This document shows, piece by piece, positions 21,741 to 33,080 of a stretch of DNA of 64,000 nt. How positions within the stretch are numbered: position 1 is the first letter of the stretch; the number at the start of each line of letters is the position of its first letter. The stretch is from contig OZ244034.1 in the NCBI GenBank assembly GCA_965215185.1, positions 1,600,001 to 1,664,000 on the forward strand, read 5' to 3'. Origin of the DNA: Acidimicrobiia bacterium (lineage in GTDB: Bacteria; Actinomycetota; Acidimicrobiia; Spongiisociales; ZC4RG35). A program made the translations under genes and the position numbers. The notes under the pieces were generated by a model. That model saw nothing but the letters and a program-made list of their open reading frames with translations, made no database searches and was not told the DNA's origin.

Positions 21741-22482
21741 TGAGCTCCTATGATGCTTCTATGATCTCCAAATCGAGTCTTTTGGTGGGGGGTGGTGTGT
21801 TGTCGGGGGTTGATTTCGCAGGGGTTTAGGGGGCGGTTCCACGGTTGGGTGGGTTTTCGAGGATGCGGTAGAGGTGGCGGGCGATGTACCGATGCTCCTA
21901 TTTTTGTCAAATTGGGTTTTGTTGTGGGGCGGGTGCGGTTAGCCATTGTTGGTATTGGGTGGCGAGTTGATGGTTGTGAACCGCCGACTTGTATGTGGGT
22001 TACTGGTCGCTGTGGCTGTGAAGGTCGTAGCGTCTGGTAGGCCGTTGGCTGGGTTGGCTCGTGAACCGTCTGCCACTTCTTTGGGTTGGCTCTCCCGGGG
22101 TGTGCCACCCAGTTGACGGCTGGCTGCGGTCTGGCTCAACAGAGGCGTGATTTCCCCCAGTGGGTCTCGAAGTCGGCATGCCGACCGCGGTGTCCCCGTT
22201 TCTCGGAGAGCAAAGGACCAAGAACATGATCATCGGAGTTGATCCACACAAGAGCAGCCACACCGCTACGGCAGTGGACGCGGTTAGAAACACGGCGGTG
22301 GGTTCGTTGCAGGTCGATGCCACCCTGGCGGGCTATTGGCACCTGTTGCGGTGGGCACGTCAGTTCAAGGATCGACGGTGGGCGGTTGACAACGCCCGAG
22401 GCTTGGGGTGTCATCTCGCTTTAGTGGCTTGTTGCCAAGGACGAGATAGTGTTCGACGCGTCGACCTCAGCTACCGCCCGTG
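21741..22482. mobile_element. IS110-family remnants (3' ends on - strand; 5' non-coding region + N-terminus on + strand)
   Basis: GTGAGCTCCTATGATGCTTCTATG end motifs; MIIGVDPHKSSHTA at 22226. Confidence 0.7.
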
Positions 22483-22741
22483 TGGAGTTCCCCCGTTTTT
22501 GCGGACACGTATTCTGTGATCGTATGAGAGGCTGTTTGGTCTCTCGGAATAGGAGGTATTTGTATGCCTGCTCCTTATCCGGAGGAGTTCCGGCGTAGGG
22601 CCGTGGATCTGGTCCGCGAAAGTGACGAGTCGGTTGTGGCGATTTCTCGCCGGCTGGGGATTTCGGTTTCCGGTTTGCGAAGGTGGGTGGCCCAGGCCGA
22701 GATCGACGAAGGCCGGTCTGTTGGGGTGTCCACCGAAGAAA
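22483..22741 (+). mobile_element. Left part of the same IS3 as 11218-12507
   Basis: Near-identical TIR and orfA; preceded by GTG; cut by the next IS3. Confidence 0.85.
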
Positions 22742-24040
22742 TGAATCGCACCGGCTTTAATAGAGACTTTGGTGGTACCCGACTTTGGTGGAGTCGGGTT
22801 ATTTGAATTGGTGGTGTGACTGACCCGAAAGGAGTCTTCATGCCTTATCGATATCCACCCGAGTTCCGTCGCAGGGTGCTGGATCTGCTGGCAGTTGGCA
22901 GGTCGGTGGCGTCGTTGTCAGCGGATCTTGGGGTGTCTGATCAGACGATCTACAACTGGCGGCGCCAGGACCGAATCGACCGCGGTCTACAACCGGGTGC
23001 CACTTCGGAGGAACAGGCCGAACTGTGGGCCGCTCGCTGTCGGATCGTCGAGCTGGAAACCGAACTGGCCGTGACCAAGCGGGCTATTGAACTGCTGGGA
23101 GACCAGGTGGTGTCCCTCAAAGACGCTACCAGGCGATCCGGACCATGAGAACCGAAGGGCTTCCCAGGTGGCGTGTCGAGCGCTCGAGGTGTCACAGTCC
23201 GGGTTCTACGCCAGGGTGGTCCCGGCCGCCGTCAGCCCGCTTGCATCCGCCACGCCTGGCTGACCGACGTCATCTGTCACATCCATGAACAGTCACGCGG
23301 CACCTATGGGGCGCGGCGGGTGCACGCCGAACTGCGGTTGGGTCATGGAATAACCGTCGGACACAACGCAGTAGCGATGCTGATGAAAAGAGCCGGTCTA
23401 GCTGGTCTTAGTAGGTGACCGAAGTCCCAGACGGCGGACCCGCCCGGTGGACACGCCCGGTGGACCTGGTCGACCGTAACTTCGCCCGTTTCGAACCGGA
23501 CCAACTGTGGGTGACCGATATCACAGAGCATCCCACCCGGCAAGCGCAAGGTGTACTGCGCGGTGGTGCTGGACGTGTACGGGCCGCCGGGTCGTCGGCT
23601 GGTCGATCGACAACACGGCCACCTCCAGACTGGTCACCTCCGCGTTAGGTATGGCAATCGGGAACCGCCAACCCGACCCCGGCACGGTCATACATTCGGA
23701 CCAGGGCACCCAATTCACCTCCTGGGCGTTCACCCAACGGGCCCTCGAATCCGGTCTGGTTCCGTCCATGGGAACCGTCGGGGACTGTTTCGATAACGCC
23801 ACCATGGAATCGTTTTGGGCTCGTATGCAGGTCGAGCTGTTGGACCGCAGGAGGTGGAGGACCCGTATCGAACTCGCCAACGCTATCTTCGAATACCTAG
23901 AGATCTTCCACAACCGCCACCGGCACCACACCGCACTGGAAATGCGCACCCCCATCGAATACGAAAGAAACCACAACAACAACCTAACCATCGCACCACT
24001 GATCCAAGTGAGCTGACTCCACAAAACCGGGGGACCATCA
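22742..24040 (+). mobile_element. IS3-family element (degenerate)
   Basis: TGAATCGCACCGG...CCGGGGGACCATCA; WVTDITEH, HSDQGTQF, DNATMESF. Confidence 0.85.
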
Positions 24041-24174
24041 GACTCGGGTGGTGTGCTCAGCGCCGAGAACCCAACCTCTGCAGGCCAGCGGATACCTCCA
24101 CCCATCAAGGCCAGCGGCGTTGTCAATTCGTTGCTTTCTTCCCAATTTAAGTAGCGAGGCTGGGCTCCAAGACC

Positions 24175-24468
24175 ATGACAATCTCCCACGATACGAAAGT
24201 CGACTTGGATGGCCTCGTCGCTGACATGCTCGAAGGGGAACCCGACGAGGTTTCGTGCCCTTCCCGCCTGCCTCAATACGACTTCGAGTGCATTCGGGAC
24301 ATCATTCGGAAAGTGATCAGAATGTATCACCCCGTGGAACGCAATGTGCCCTGGCAACCGGGACCCCGGTCCATGGGCGGAGTCGCCTTGATGGCGCTTA
24401 TCAAGAACGGCGACTACCAGGCCGCCGACGACTATCTTGTCGTTGAGGGTAGCTTCCTCCCCGCCTAA
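24175..24468 (+). CDS. Putative antitoxin of RES toxin (HTH-less, MbcA/ParS C-terminal-like)
   Basis: MYHPVER.VPWQP...DY....FLPA; four paralogs in window. Confidence 0.7.
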   Translation: MTISHDTKVDLDGLVADMLEGEPDEVSCPSRLPQYDFECIRDIIRKVIRMYHPVERNVPWQPGPRSMGGVALMALIKNGDYQAADDYLVVEGSFLPA

Positions 24469-24480
24469 CCACCCGAAGTC

Positions 24481-24879
24481 ATGACATGGCCCTCCGTCGC
24501 CTTCAAGGGCGAAACGTGGAGGCATTGCAATCCCGACTACGACCCTCTCAGCGGTGAAGGCGCTCGAAGGCAAGGGGGACGGTTCAATCCTCCCGGGATA
24601 CCCACGCTTTACCTTTGCACGACCATAGAATGCGCTCAAGCCGAATACAGCAAACAGGGCACCTATAAGTCACTACCCACTAGCAATCTCTACAGAATCT
24701 CAGCGACCCTGCCTCTCGTGCTGGATTTGACACGAGAAGAAACCCGATCCAGTGCCGGTGTAATGCTGGACGACTTGGTTTCAGATCAAGATGTAGGCAA
24801 GAGGGCATACGAAGAGGGACTTCAGGCTGTTCTTTCATGGTCATCCAACGGCCACGACAAGATAATGGCGGTTTTCACA
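24481..24879 (+). pseudogene. RES-domain toxin, 3'-truncated by array repeat
   Basis: WRH, GGRFNPPG, LYL, AEY, VLDLT, SWSS. Confidence 0.8.
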
Positions 24880-25120
24880 GTTCCTCGGTTACGACGCTCA
24901 CATCGCCATCGCCGTCGCCGTGGCAGTGTGGTCGGGCAACCCCAACCATGTCGCCATCAGACCATCCCCACCGGGATACATTCTCGCTCTCCACGTCGCT
25001 CCGGGAGCCACCAATCCCGGACCCATCGGACTGCAACTCGCCCTCCAATCTCACGAGATTGCACCAGGCCTCAGCGACGTTGTCGCCTATTGATGGGCAG
25101 TTTGCCACCACCCCTGACCT
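24880..25120 (+). mobile_element. Array repeat, internal fragments
   Basis: GTTCCTCGGTTACGACGCTCACATCGCC start; GCCACCACCCCTGACCT remnant. Confidence 0.8.
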
Positions 25121-25202
25121 TATCGGCGGTCAGGTGCTGACCTGGGTCGACACCAAGCCGACCCAGGAGGGCGTCTTGCCGCGCAGGTATCCTCCTAGGC
25201 TG

Positions 25203-25817
25203 ATGAGTGTCGGATCGTGCGAATGCGCCCCCCTGGAAGAGGTATCGGCCCCCGACGGCTACGACATCCCACCCGGTGGGCCCCTCAACTCTCGGCCCGC
25301 GTGCCTTGGCCTCGCCCTGGCAACACTAAGGGCGTACCCCCAGGGTGTAGAGGCCGCCTACATCAGCCGAACGGCGGGGTTGGGTTCGGACATCGTGGCG
25401 CTGGCACTAGAGTCGTTGCGTTCCGAGGGATTGGCATTCTCGACCGCGGAGACCATCCCGTGGTACCGGGAGTCGAGGGAAGTGCTCCTGTGGAGAGAGG
25501 TGCCTCACAGGTCGCTATTGCAGCAATCTCTCCCCCGCTACCGGGAGCCCCCACTCCCGCCGCCCGAGCGGATACCCCCGGAGTTCTGGTGGCTGTTCTG
25601 GTCGGATATGGACCCTGCGGACATCCGGCTTCCCAAGGATGCCTGGTATGTGGCATCGAGGATGCTTCGCCCAGAGGGTTCCTGGAGGTATGTGCCCGCA
25701 GAGACGTGGGCCTTGAAGTGCCTGCCCGCCTGTGCGCTCCGGATGTTATTGGACTCCCGGGGATATAGGGACACGGCGGTGGGTGCCCGTATCGAACTGA
25801 GGGTCGGTAGATGCTGA
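25203..25817 (+). CDS. Putative antitoxin partner of AbiEii-type toxin
   Basis: wHTH-like middle; LFWSDMD..I.....YVASRML C-terminal pattern; overlaps next gene. Confidence 0.55.
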   Translation: MSVGSCECAPLEEVSAPDGYDIPPGGPLNSRPACLGLALATLRAYPQGVEAAYISRTAGLGSDIVALALESLRSEGLAFSTAETIPWYRESREVLLWREVPHRSLLQQSLPRYREPPLPPPERIPPEFWWLFWSDMDPADIRLPKDAWYVASRMLRPEGSWRYVPAETWALKCLPACALRMLLDSRGYRDTAVGARIELRVGRC

Positions 25818-26473
25818 CCTGGGTTGACATCAAGCCCGCTCTCGAGGGGGCATTGCCCTTCGTGGCCGCGGCCACCGCCGACCTGGGCGGTGTGCTGGTG
25901 GGAGGCTCAGCTCTCGCTTGGCAGTTGGAGCACCGGGCGTCCTTCGATCTGGATGTACAGATGCCCGCAGAATTCGACGAGGCCGCCGTGGCGGAATGTC
26001 TCGGCGCCCAGGGCCGACCGTTCGAGATATTGAGTTCCCGCCCGAGCGTGCTGGTCGGCAGGCTGGACGGAGTGAAGGTGGAGGTATGGAGGAGTTCGGT
26101 GCCGCAGGAACAGATAGAGGAAGGCCCGGTCGTCCTGGGAATGCCCCTGGCATCTCTGGCGGACCTCTTTGCTCTGAAGCTCCAGACCGTGCGTAGCCGA
26201 GCGCAACTGCGCTACTATATTGATATAGCGGCACTTACTCAGGTGATGGGCATGGAGAATGGCATCCGCGCCTACGCCATGCGTTACGGGCATTTCCTGA
26301 TCTACGAAGACCTCTACGATGTTTTCTCCTTCCTCACCCCGCCTCCCCGCGACCTGCCCCCCGATCCGTCATTCGAAGAGATCAGGGACAGCGTTCTTCG
26401 GGCCGTCCACTTGGCGGCCGAGGCGACGCTTCTTTGGCTGACGGAGCGCAACGGTATCGCCCGCTCGCCCTAG
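25811..26473 (+). CDS. AbiEii/AbiGii-type nucleotidyltransferase toxin
   Basis: LVGGSALA..LEHRASFDLD, ALKL, R...RYYID. Confidence 0.85.
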   Translation: MLTWVDIKPALEGALPFVAAATADLGGVLVGGSALAWQLEHRASFDLDVQMPAEFDEAAVAECLGAQGRPFEILSSRPSVLVGRLDGVKVEVWRSSVPQEQIEEGPVVLGMPLASLADLFALKLQTVRSRAQLRYYIDIAALTQVMGMENGIRAYAMRYGHFLIYEDLYDVFSFLTPPPRDLPPDPSFEEIRDSVLRAVHLAAEATLLWLTERNGIARSP

Positions 26474-26555
26474 GGTCACACGGATCCCTGTTGCTTCTGC
26501 AATACCGAAAAACCGCGCCTTGGTAAGCGACAGCGTGCTTGGGGGACACAGGCCT

Positions 26556-26849
26556 CTAAGCCAAAGAGGGATAGCCGCATACCAAGAGGAGGTTCCTAGC
26601 CGCCTCATAGTCGCGGTTTTCTATATGATCCATCAGCGTGAACTTGCTTGACGGGTAAGGATTCGGCTGCCAAGGCACCGACCGTTCGATAGGGTGGTAC
26701 ATCTCTATCACATCATCGATGATTGCTTGGAGTTCCCTGTATTCACTGAGCGGCATTCCAGACGGGCAGGGCACTGCACTGGGGCCTTTGTCAAGCATTT
26801 TGGACACGAGTTCGTCCATCTCGTATTCGACGTTCCGCGCTAGGGCCAT
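26556..26849 (-). CDS. Orphan paralog of the RES antitoxin
   Basis: MYHPIERSVPWQP...DYEAA; TACACT 7 nt upstream. Confidence 0.65.
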   Translation of the reverse strand: MALARNVEYEMDELVSKMLDKGPSAVPCPSGMPLSEYRELQAIIDDVIEMYHPIERSVPWQPNPYPSSKFTLMDHIENRDYEAARNLLLVCGYPSLA

Positions 26850-26926
26850 GAACAGAAGTGTATCCGAGGCTTTCCGCGACTGCAGCGAGGATCGCTCATC
26901 GCGTATCTGACCTTGTGGCCCTGGTT

Positions 26927-27297
26927 TGGACACGAAACCGCAAACTCGACAACGGCGGCGGACAGTACTCGTGTTCACAGTGCGCCGGGAGGGTCACCAC
27001 CAACGCCAAAACCCGCAACGCCAGCGTCGTGCCAGCTGACACCGCTCCGTTCCTGCGCATCGAAGCAGAGCAGTGCTGCCATAGCAAGGTCAGCATCCCA
27101 GCCGACCTGCTCGACGCCTCCCAGGACATCCCCTTCGGCACTCCCGCTCACGACAAAAGCTACGGACGCCGTAACCCCAGCGAGAAAACCATCTCCATGA
27201 TCAAGGACAAAGGCGGCCTCAAAGCCGGATGGTGCCGCTCCTTCGGTCTCGCCGCACACACCATCGGCGCCCTAGCCCTGGCCATCGCTCACAACCC
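26927..27297 (+). mobile_element. Array repeat, internal transposase fragment
   Basis: CSQCAGRV...YGRRNPSEKTISMIK. Confidence 0.85.
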
Positions 27298-27440
27298 AGA
27301 CTGTCCTGTGCTCCACACGGACCATATCGCAAAAGCAACTAAGGAAAGCGAGAGGAAGCCCTTAGGAATGTGATCGTACCGCGGTATCCAACCGTGTGTG
27401 CCCATTCCGGTGTAAGGGAGTGTAGGCCTGTGGGTCTATT

Positions 27441-27580
27441 GGAGGGCTCTGATGATGAACGACGCCATTTGCGCTCGGGTTGCCGGCTGGTCCGGGCAGT
27501 ACAACAATGGTGTGGTGAAGCATCCACGGGTCACTCCGGCTTGGTAGATGCCTTCCACTACCGGCCAATACTCCCGGCCC
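27441..27580 (-). pseudogene. SLH-domain C-terminal fragment
   Basis: TRAQMASFIIRAL-coding sequence shared with 28070 and 30617. Confidence 0.6.
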
Positions 27581-27753
27581 ACCATGCGGGGGCGGCTGAC
27601 GGGTTTCCGGGGGCGTTGAAGTCGGTCGCTATTCCTGCTCTCTTTGGTTCATGGCCAAAGGAATGGGTCTCGTTATTTGACGCCATGAGGTCGAAGTGGT
27701 CGGGTGCTTCATCCAGCCGCAATCCAGACGACAGGTGGCCGTGTTCCCTTTTT

Positions 27754-28014
27754 CTATCTCTTTTCGAGATGCTCCAAGACCTGTCGGAAACCACGATCGA
27801 GCTTTTGGTCTGTATGCTCCAAGATCTGTCGGAAGCCCCGATCGAGTTTCTCGTCTGTGGCCCGGTGCTGTACGTCTATTTTGACGTCGAGGCGATGAAC
27901 GTCGTGCTTCAAGTCGACAACGTCGCCCCTCAAGTCGGCTATGTCCTCTCCGATGCGTCTCTCCATGTTGTTGAGCGCATCAGCGGTCATCTGAGCAACA
28001 TCCTTAGCGTCCAC
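27754..28014 (-). CDS. Small coiled-coil hypothetical protein
   Basis: Heptad pattern with internal repeat KLDRGFRQ x2. Confidence 0.55.
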   Translation of the reverse strand: MDAKDVAQMTADALNNMERRIGEDIADLRGDVVDLKHDVHRLDVKIDVQHRATDEKLDRGFRQILEHTDQKLDRGFRQVLEHLEKR

Positions 28015-28069
28015 ATTGTTCGAGTCTACCCTGCGTTCCGACCGTTCTCAAGGACAAACAAACACGGGT

Positions 28070-28705
28070 TTAGGGGAGGGCTCTGATGATGAACGACGCC
28101 ATTTGCGCCCGGGTGACCGGCGCGTCGGGGCAGTACAGCAAGGGCGGGATCGAGCATCCCCGGGTCACGCCCGTTTGGTAGAGGCCCTCCACTACACCCC
28201 AGTGTTCCCTGGCCACGTCAGAGAACAGTCCCTCTGTGGTGGTGACGGGGTTGATGTGGTCGAACATGCGGGTCAGCCATTCGGCCATTTCCAACCGGGT
28301 GAGCGGGTCGTTGGGACGCCACGCACCGTCACTGCCGGTGTCGACGCCTAGCTGGGCGAACCTCAGTACATAGTTGGTGTACCACACGCCCTCGGCCACA
28401 TCGGCGAAGGTGTTAGAGACTGTGGATTGGGGGTCGGGTTCGCCCACGGCCCGTAGGAGAAACGCGGCCATTTCTGCTCGGGTCACGTGCCCTTCCGGAC
28501 AGTATTTAGGTTGGGGCGTGGTGGCGCATCCCACGGTGATGCCCAGTTGGGCGATCCGGTTGATGTCCGCCTCGTGGGTGTTCCCATCATCGTCGATGAA
28601 CCAGTCCGCAAAGAGCGTTCCGTCAGTGATTTCAACTTCGTAGGCGTCGCTGATGCGGCGCAACACTCGGATGGTGACGTCGTTCCAGGCGAACGAGTCG
28701 CCCTC
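28070..28705 (-). pseudogene. 5'-truncated SLH-domain protein
   Basis: TRAEMAAFL, TRLEMAEWL, TRAQMASFI; cut by array repeat. Confidence 0.75.
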
Positions 28706-28792
28706 GTGGCCTGTGGGCCACCACCTCTGACCTGGGACTCGGCAGGGGCTCCACATAGGACTCCACATTCAAACCGGGAGGGCTCCACATTT
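28706..28792 (+). repeat. Array repeat, terminal part only
   Basis: Triple CTCCACAT end. Confidence 0.9.
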
Positions 28793-28868
28793 CAGAGGAG
28801 TTGTCAAAGGAGCGGACTCCCTCGCAACAGGTGTGGCTCGTGTTTGGGTTCTGTGGGTTTGTGTCCGG

Positions 28869-29066
28869 CTACGCCGAACCGGTGCCACCCATCGATGAAG
28901 AACCATACCCAAACACCACTTGCTGTCCCTCAATCATCTTGAGGGTGTTGCGCGCCGCTTGACGAGCTATCTCCAGTTGATGCTGAGCATCGTGAACGGG
29001 GGCCAACTCCCCGTTCTCGAACGCTTCAAGGATTTCCTTATCCTCGGGACTTAATTCATCGCTCAC
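28869..29066 (-). pseudogene. Truncated BrnA/CopG-like antitoxin
   Basis: LSPEDKEILEAFENGE...ARQAARNTLK, downstream of BrnT-like gene. Confidence 0.6.
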
Positions 29067-29069
29067 GGG

Positions 29070-29335
29070 ACTACCTCCTCCCCTTGCGGCTAGGGATTAT
29101 GGTCTTGAGAAAAATTGTACCGTCAGGTTCTGTCACAAACGGCACGAGATACAGGTAATCGTCAATGTCCACGACATAGATCCATTTGGCCTGGGTAACT
29201 CTCCTGGTTCGGGTAGTTGACCGTATCAACCAAATCGCCCCGGTCTAGGGCGGCGGTCACGTCTTCGAAGGAGATTTCTCGTTGCCTCATGAGTTGTCGG
29301 TTCTTGCTTTCGTTCCAGCTGAGGTAAGTTTCCAT
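29070..29335 (-). pseudogene. BrnT-like toxin, frameshifted
   Basis: WNESKN...REISFEDV; second frame YLYLVPFV...IFLKTIIPSRK. Confidence 0.75.
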
Positions 29336-29432
29336 CGAACTGTCCACTCTCAAGTTTGGTGCTTCGGCAACGCTGACCAGCGGAACTTGGCTGCCTGGTG
29401 GACATAGTAGGCCAAGCCGATAGCAGTCCGCC

Positions 29433-29602
29433 CCAGGACATCCCCTTCGGCACCCCCGCCTGGAAACAGAGCTATGGCCGTCGAAACCCCAGCGAGAAAA
29501 CCATCTCCATGATCAAGAATCAAAGGCGGCCTGACAGCCGGATGGTGCCGATCCTTTGGGCTCGCCGCTCACACCATCGGCGTGCTGGCACTAGCCCATC
29601 GC
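29433..29602 (+). mobile_element. Array repeat, internal fragment
   Basis: QDIPFGTPAWKQSYGRRNPSEKT. Confidence 0.85.
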
Positions 29603-29774
29603 GAAAGCCAGAGAGGTGTCCAGCCGAACTTGCCTGTGATCGCCGCAGATCACCCTGCCCCCGACCCCCAGTGTCTGCACAGAAGTCGCCAACCCCGACG
29701 CCACCCGACCCTCGCCTCGGGCCAGCGCTCAATTGCTCTGCGAGACAGCACCGATACAGCGGTACACTCGAAGC

Positions 29775-30188
29775 ATGGGTGTCACAGCAGCCCCGCCGCA
29801 ACTCCTAGCATTTATAGAAGATCGTCTGCCTCAAATCCAAGAAGCGTGCAGGCGATACCACGTTAAGCACCTGTACCTATATGGATCCGCTGTGACAGGT
29901 GAATACCATCGGGATTCCGACTTTGACTTCATGGTAGATTTCCTGCCCGAAGCCAGACATCGATTCGACGGCCACCCGCGACACTACCTTTTCGGCAAAT
30001 CCAATGGGTCGCCGTACCCGGCGAACTACCGGGCCTTGACCTCTGCCCTTGAGGAACTACTCACCGAGAACCCCGACCGCCCAGGCCATCGACCCCTTGT
30101 TGACATCGGCACCTACAACTGCATTGACAACCCGTATTTCAAGGAAGCAGTCGACTCTCAGAAGATAGCGCTTTATGTCCGACCATGA
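29775..30188 (+). CDS. MNT antitoxin
   Basis: LYGSAVTGEYHRDSDFDFMV; NPYF. Confidence 0.85.
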   Translation: MGVTAAPPQLLAFIEDRLPQIQEACRRYHVKHLYLYGSAVTGEYHRDSDFDFMVDFLPEARHRFDGHPRHYLFGKSNGSPYPANYRALTSALEELLTENPDRPGHRPLVDIGTYNCIDNPYFKEAVDSQKIALYVRP

Positions 30189-30537
30189 CACCCTAGCGCT
30201 CCTGGCAGTGATCAAAACCAGAACGCAACGCGCGTTGAGCATCGTTCAACAAATGAACCTAGGCGACTTCCTAGCTGATTCCGACGCGCAGGATGTCGCC
30301 TTCGCGTGTGTCAGCGACATAGGTGAAGCCCTAAATCACATGAAAAGAACGCACCCGTTCCACGCTGAACAGATATCGGACTTGCAGGACATCATAAATT
30401 CGCGCAATGAAATGTCCCACGGGCTGTTCAGCAGAGACTACGAACGCTTCTGGTACGACCTGGTAGACGGTTTGCCTCTTCTACACAAAGAAGCGCAGGA
30501 CCTGCTTGATAGCATCACCGCCAATCGTCAGATGTAA
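30175..30537 (+). CDS. HEPN (DUF86/HepT-like) RNase toxin
   Basis: IGEA and RNEMSH (RX4H). Confidence 0.85.
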   Translation: MSDHDTLALLAVIKTRTQRALSIVQQMNLGDFLADSDAQDVAFACVSDIGEALNHMKRTHPFHAEQISDLQDIINSRNEMSHGLFSRDYERFWYDLVDGLPLLHKEAQDLLDSITANRQM

Positions 30538-30616
30538 GAGAGTTCAACACTAATCGTCCAGGGTGTGCAACAGACAGATGGGCGCGGGAACGCCCATCCA
30601 GCCAGCAAGGGCCTCC

Positions 30617-31065
30617 TAGTTGAGGGCTCGGATGATGAACGACGCTATTTGCGCTCGGGTGACCGCCTCGTCCGGGCAGTACAGGAGCGGTGTGGTGCTG
30701 CATCCCCGGGTCACGCCCGTCTGATATAGGCCTTCCACCACCCTCCAGTCATCCTCGTTCACGTCAGAGAACAGTCCCTCCGGGGCGGTGACGGGGGGTG
30801 ATGTGGTCGAACATGCGGGTCAGCCATTCGGCCATTTCCAACCGGGTGAGCGGGTCGTCCGGGCGCCACGCACCACCAGCGCCGGTGTCTACGCATAGTT
30901 GGGCGAACTGCATCACATAGTTGGTGTACCACACGCCCTCCGCAACGTCCGTGGAGGTGTTAGAGACGTTGGGTTGGGGTGTGGTGGCGCATCCCCGGGT
31001 GATGCCCAAAGTGGCGATGCGGTCAATGTCCGCCTCGTGGCTGTACCCGTCGTCGGTGAAGTGGT
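30617..31065 (-). pseudogene. Degenerate SLH-domain fragment, paralog of 28070-28705
   Basis: HEADIDRIATLGITRGC; TRLEMAEWL. Confidence 0.7.
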
Positions 31066-31082
31066 CCACGGCGGGGGTCCCG

Positions 31083-32109
31083 GTCGCCGAGGCCGTGTGT
31101 GTGGTCGGGCAACCCCAACCAGGTCGCCATCAAACCGGCCCCACCGGGATACATTCTCGCTCTCCATGTCGCTCCGGGAGCAACCAATCCCGGACCCATC
31201 GGACTGGAACTCGCCCTCCAATCTCTCGAGATCGCACCAAACATCGGCGATTATGTCCTAGACCGTGCCTACAGCAACAAACGACAGTCGTTCGTCAGGC
31301 CCCTCCACCAAATGGGAAAGAACGTGACCATGGACTACACGATTACCGAGATCAACAACCCCAAGTTCATCAAGGTCGGAACAAACGGCCAACGACTCCT
31401 CAACTCGACAGGAACCCTCCTGCCGCCGGGACTGCCCGAATACAGGCAAATCCCACCCGAAAACGCCAAACCCGAAAAGACGAGCAAGTGGCACGTCAAC
31501 CGTGCGCCGTGGCGGTGGACACGAAACCGCAAACTCGACAACGGCGGCGGACGTCGCAACCCCGTCGAGAAAACCTTTTCCATGATCAAGGACAAAGGCG
31601 GCCTGAAAGCCGGATGGTGCCGCTCCTTCGGTCTCGCCGCACACACCATGGGCGTGTTGGCGCTAGCCATCGCCCACAACCTCAAAGAAACCATCGGGAT
31701 CGAAAGAACCCAAACCCAAAAGTCCGCGCCTCCGGCCAGGCCCAAGAGTCACCAGCCGACTCGCAGGAACATCAGCACCGACAGTCTCACCCCGAGGGCG
31801 CCGCCCGACTAGGCACACAGCCCGCACCCGGCGCCGACAGTAACCCTTACTGTCGGCTTTAGCGCGCCCGGACAACCCAAACCGGCACCCCAAACCTCCC
31901 AACGCACACAGAACCCCTCACAGCACGCCGACAGGCACAAGAAATGCCCGAAAACAGGCACAAATTGGAGAAAAACGACCTAACTGGCCCACTTATTTTG
32001 AATAAATGGACCAGACATCTTGGTGGCCTGTGGGCCACCACCCCTGACCTGCGACTTCGATGGGACTCCACATGAGGCTCCACATTCAAACCGGGAAGGC
32101 TCCACATTT
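31083..32109 (+). mobile_element. Array repeat (long, internally deleted) + right end
   Basis: DRAYS, RRNPVEKTFSMIK, CTCCACATTT. Confidence 0.9.
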
Positions 32110-32278
32110 AAGTAACCGCCGGGTTCTTTCCGCAAGGTAGCGGACCGTGGGTATATCCTGTTTCATAGCTGAAGTGGTTGGCACAGAACCGCCGCAGCAC
32201 TGTCTCGCTGGACATCACCGGATCAGCGCTGGTGGCTTCCAATAGATTAGGTTGCCAACTCCGCAAACAGGTAGCAGA

Positions 32279-32686
32279 TTACGGCAGGTACCTGATCCGA
32301 TAGTCCCATCCGCCCCTTTGTGGATCCGACAGGTCATCGGCCTCTATCAGGATATCTTCGGCTAGTCCCCTCAAAGTGATGTTTCTACTAGCTGGGAGGT
32401 CTCTTGGCCTGGCTACCACAATCATGCCTTTCATAAGGAGGCCCTGTTCTGCGACGAGTGCGCTGGCCGTATAGGGCATGGTGGTGCGGTCATGTGTCAG
32501 TACCACCCGGTTGTTGCCGGAGGCCCACCGTAGGATTGCGGTGTCGGATGCTCCCGACAACCCGACCTCTCTGTCCTGCACCCGAACCAAGTCAACTGGT
32601 AGGTTGTTGATGGATGCCAGCCTTGGCAGGGCTTCGGTCAGGTAGCCGTGAAAGTCCTCGTCCGTAACAAACCGGATGGGAGCCAT
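32279..32686 (-). CDS. DUF5615 PIN-like toxin
   Basis: FVTDEDF, GLSGASD, VLTHDRTTM. Confidence 0.85.
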   Translation of the reverse strand: MAPIRFVTDEDFHGYLTEALPRLASINNLPVDLVRVQDREVGLSGASDTAILRWASGNNRVVLTHDRTTMPYTASALVAEQGLLMKGMIVVARPRDLPASRNITLRGLAEDILIEADDLSDPQRGGWDYRIRYLP

Positions 32687-32692
32687 GAGACT

Positions 32693-33046
32693 CTACGCGG
32701 GTTGCGTTTTCGGCAGCCTGTACGGAAGGCCCTTTCTTGATCGCGTGTTCCCATCCACATGCGGAGCGATCTCGTCCATGACAACTATCGCTTGCTGTTC
32801 GCTCCACTCCATGTACGCATCCACTTCTTCCCGACGGGTGTGGTGCCAATCTATGATCTGTTGGGCCTGGTCAAAACTCAAAGTGTCATATATGGCCACG
32901 ACATCAGCGGCCCGCGTGTAGCCCTCGTACAGCACCGCTATGACGCTTTGTAGCTTCAGTCGGCTGCCCACGATCCGGACCATTCCGGTTTCTCGGTCCA
33001 CCCAAAGCGGCACCTTCTCATCGGGAGATATCTCTATCGGGCGCAC
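32693..33046 (-). CDS. DUF433 family antitoxin
   Basis: VRIVGSRLKLQSV...WHHTRREEVDAY; paralog of 35431. Confidence 0.8.
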   Translation of the reverse strand: MRPIEISPDEKVPLWVDRETGMVRIVGSRLKLQSVIAVLYEGYTRAADVVAIYDTLSFDQAQQIIDWHHTRREEVDAYMEWSEQQAIVVMDEIAPHVDGNTRSRKGLPYRLPKTQPA

Positions 33047-33080
33047 TGTGCCTCTTCTCGCTTGGAACTTGATTATACCA

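Noticed and set aside
21257-22108. 283-aa ORF
   Set aside because: Chimera reading through IS110 remnants; only the 3' part may be a real gene fragment.
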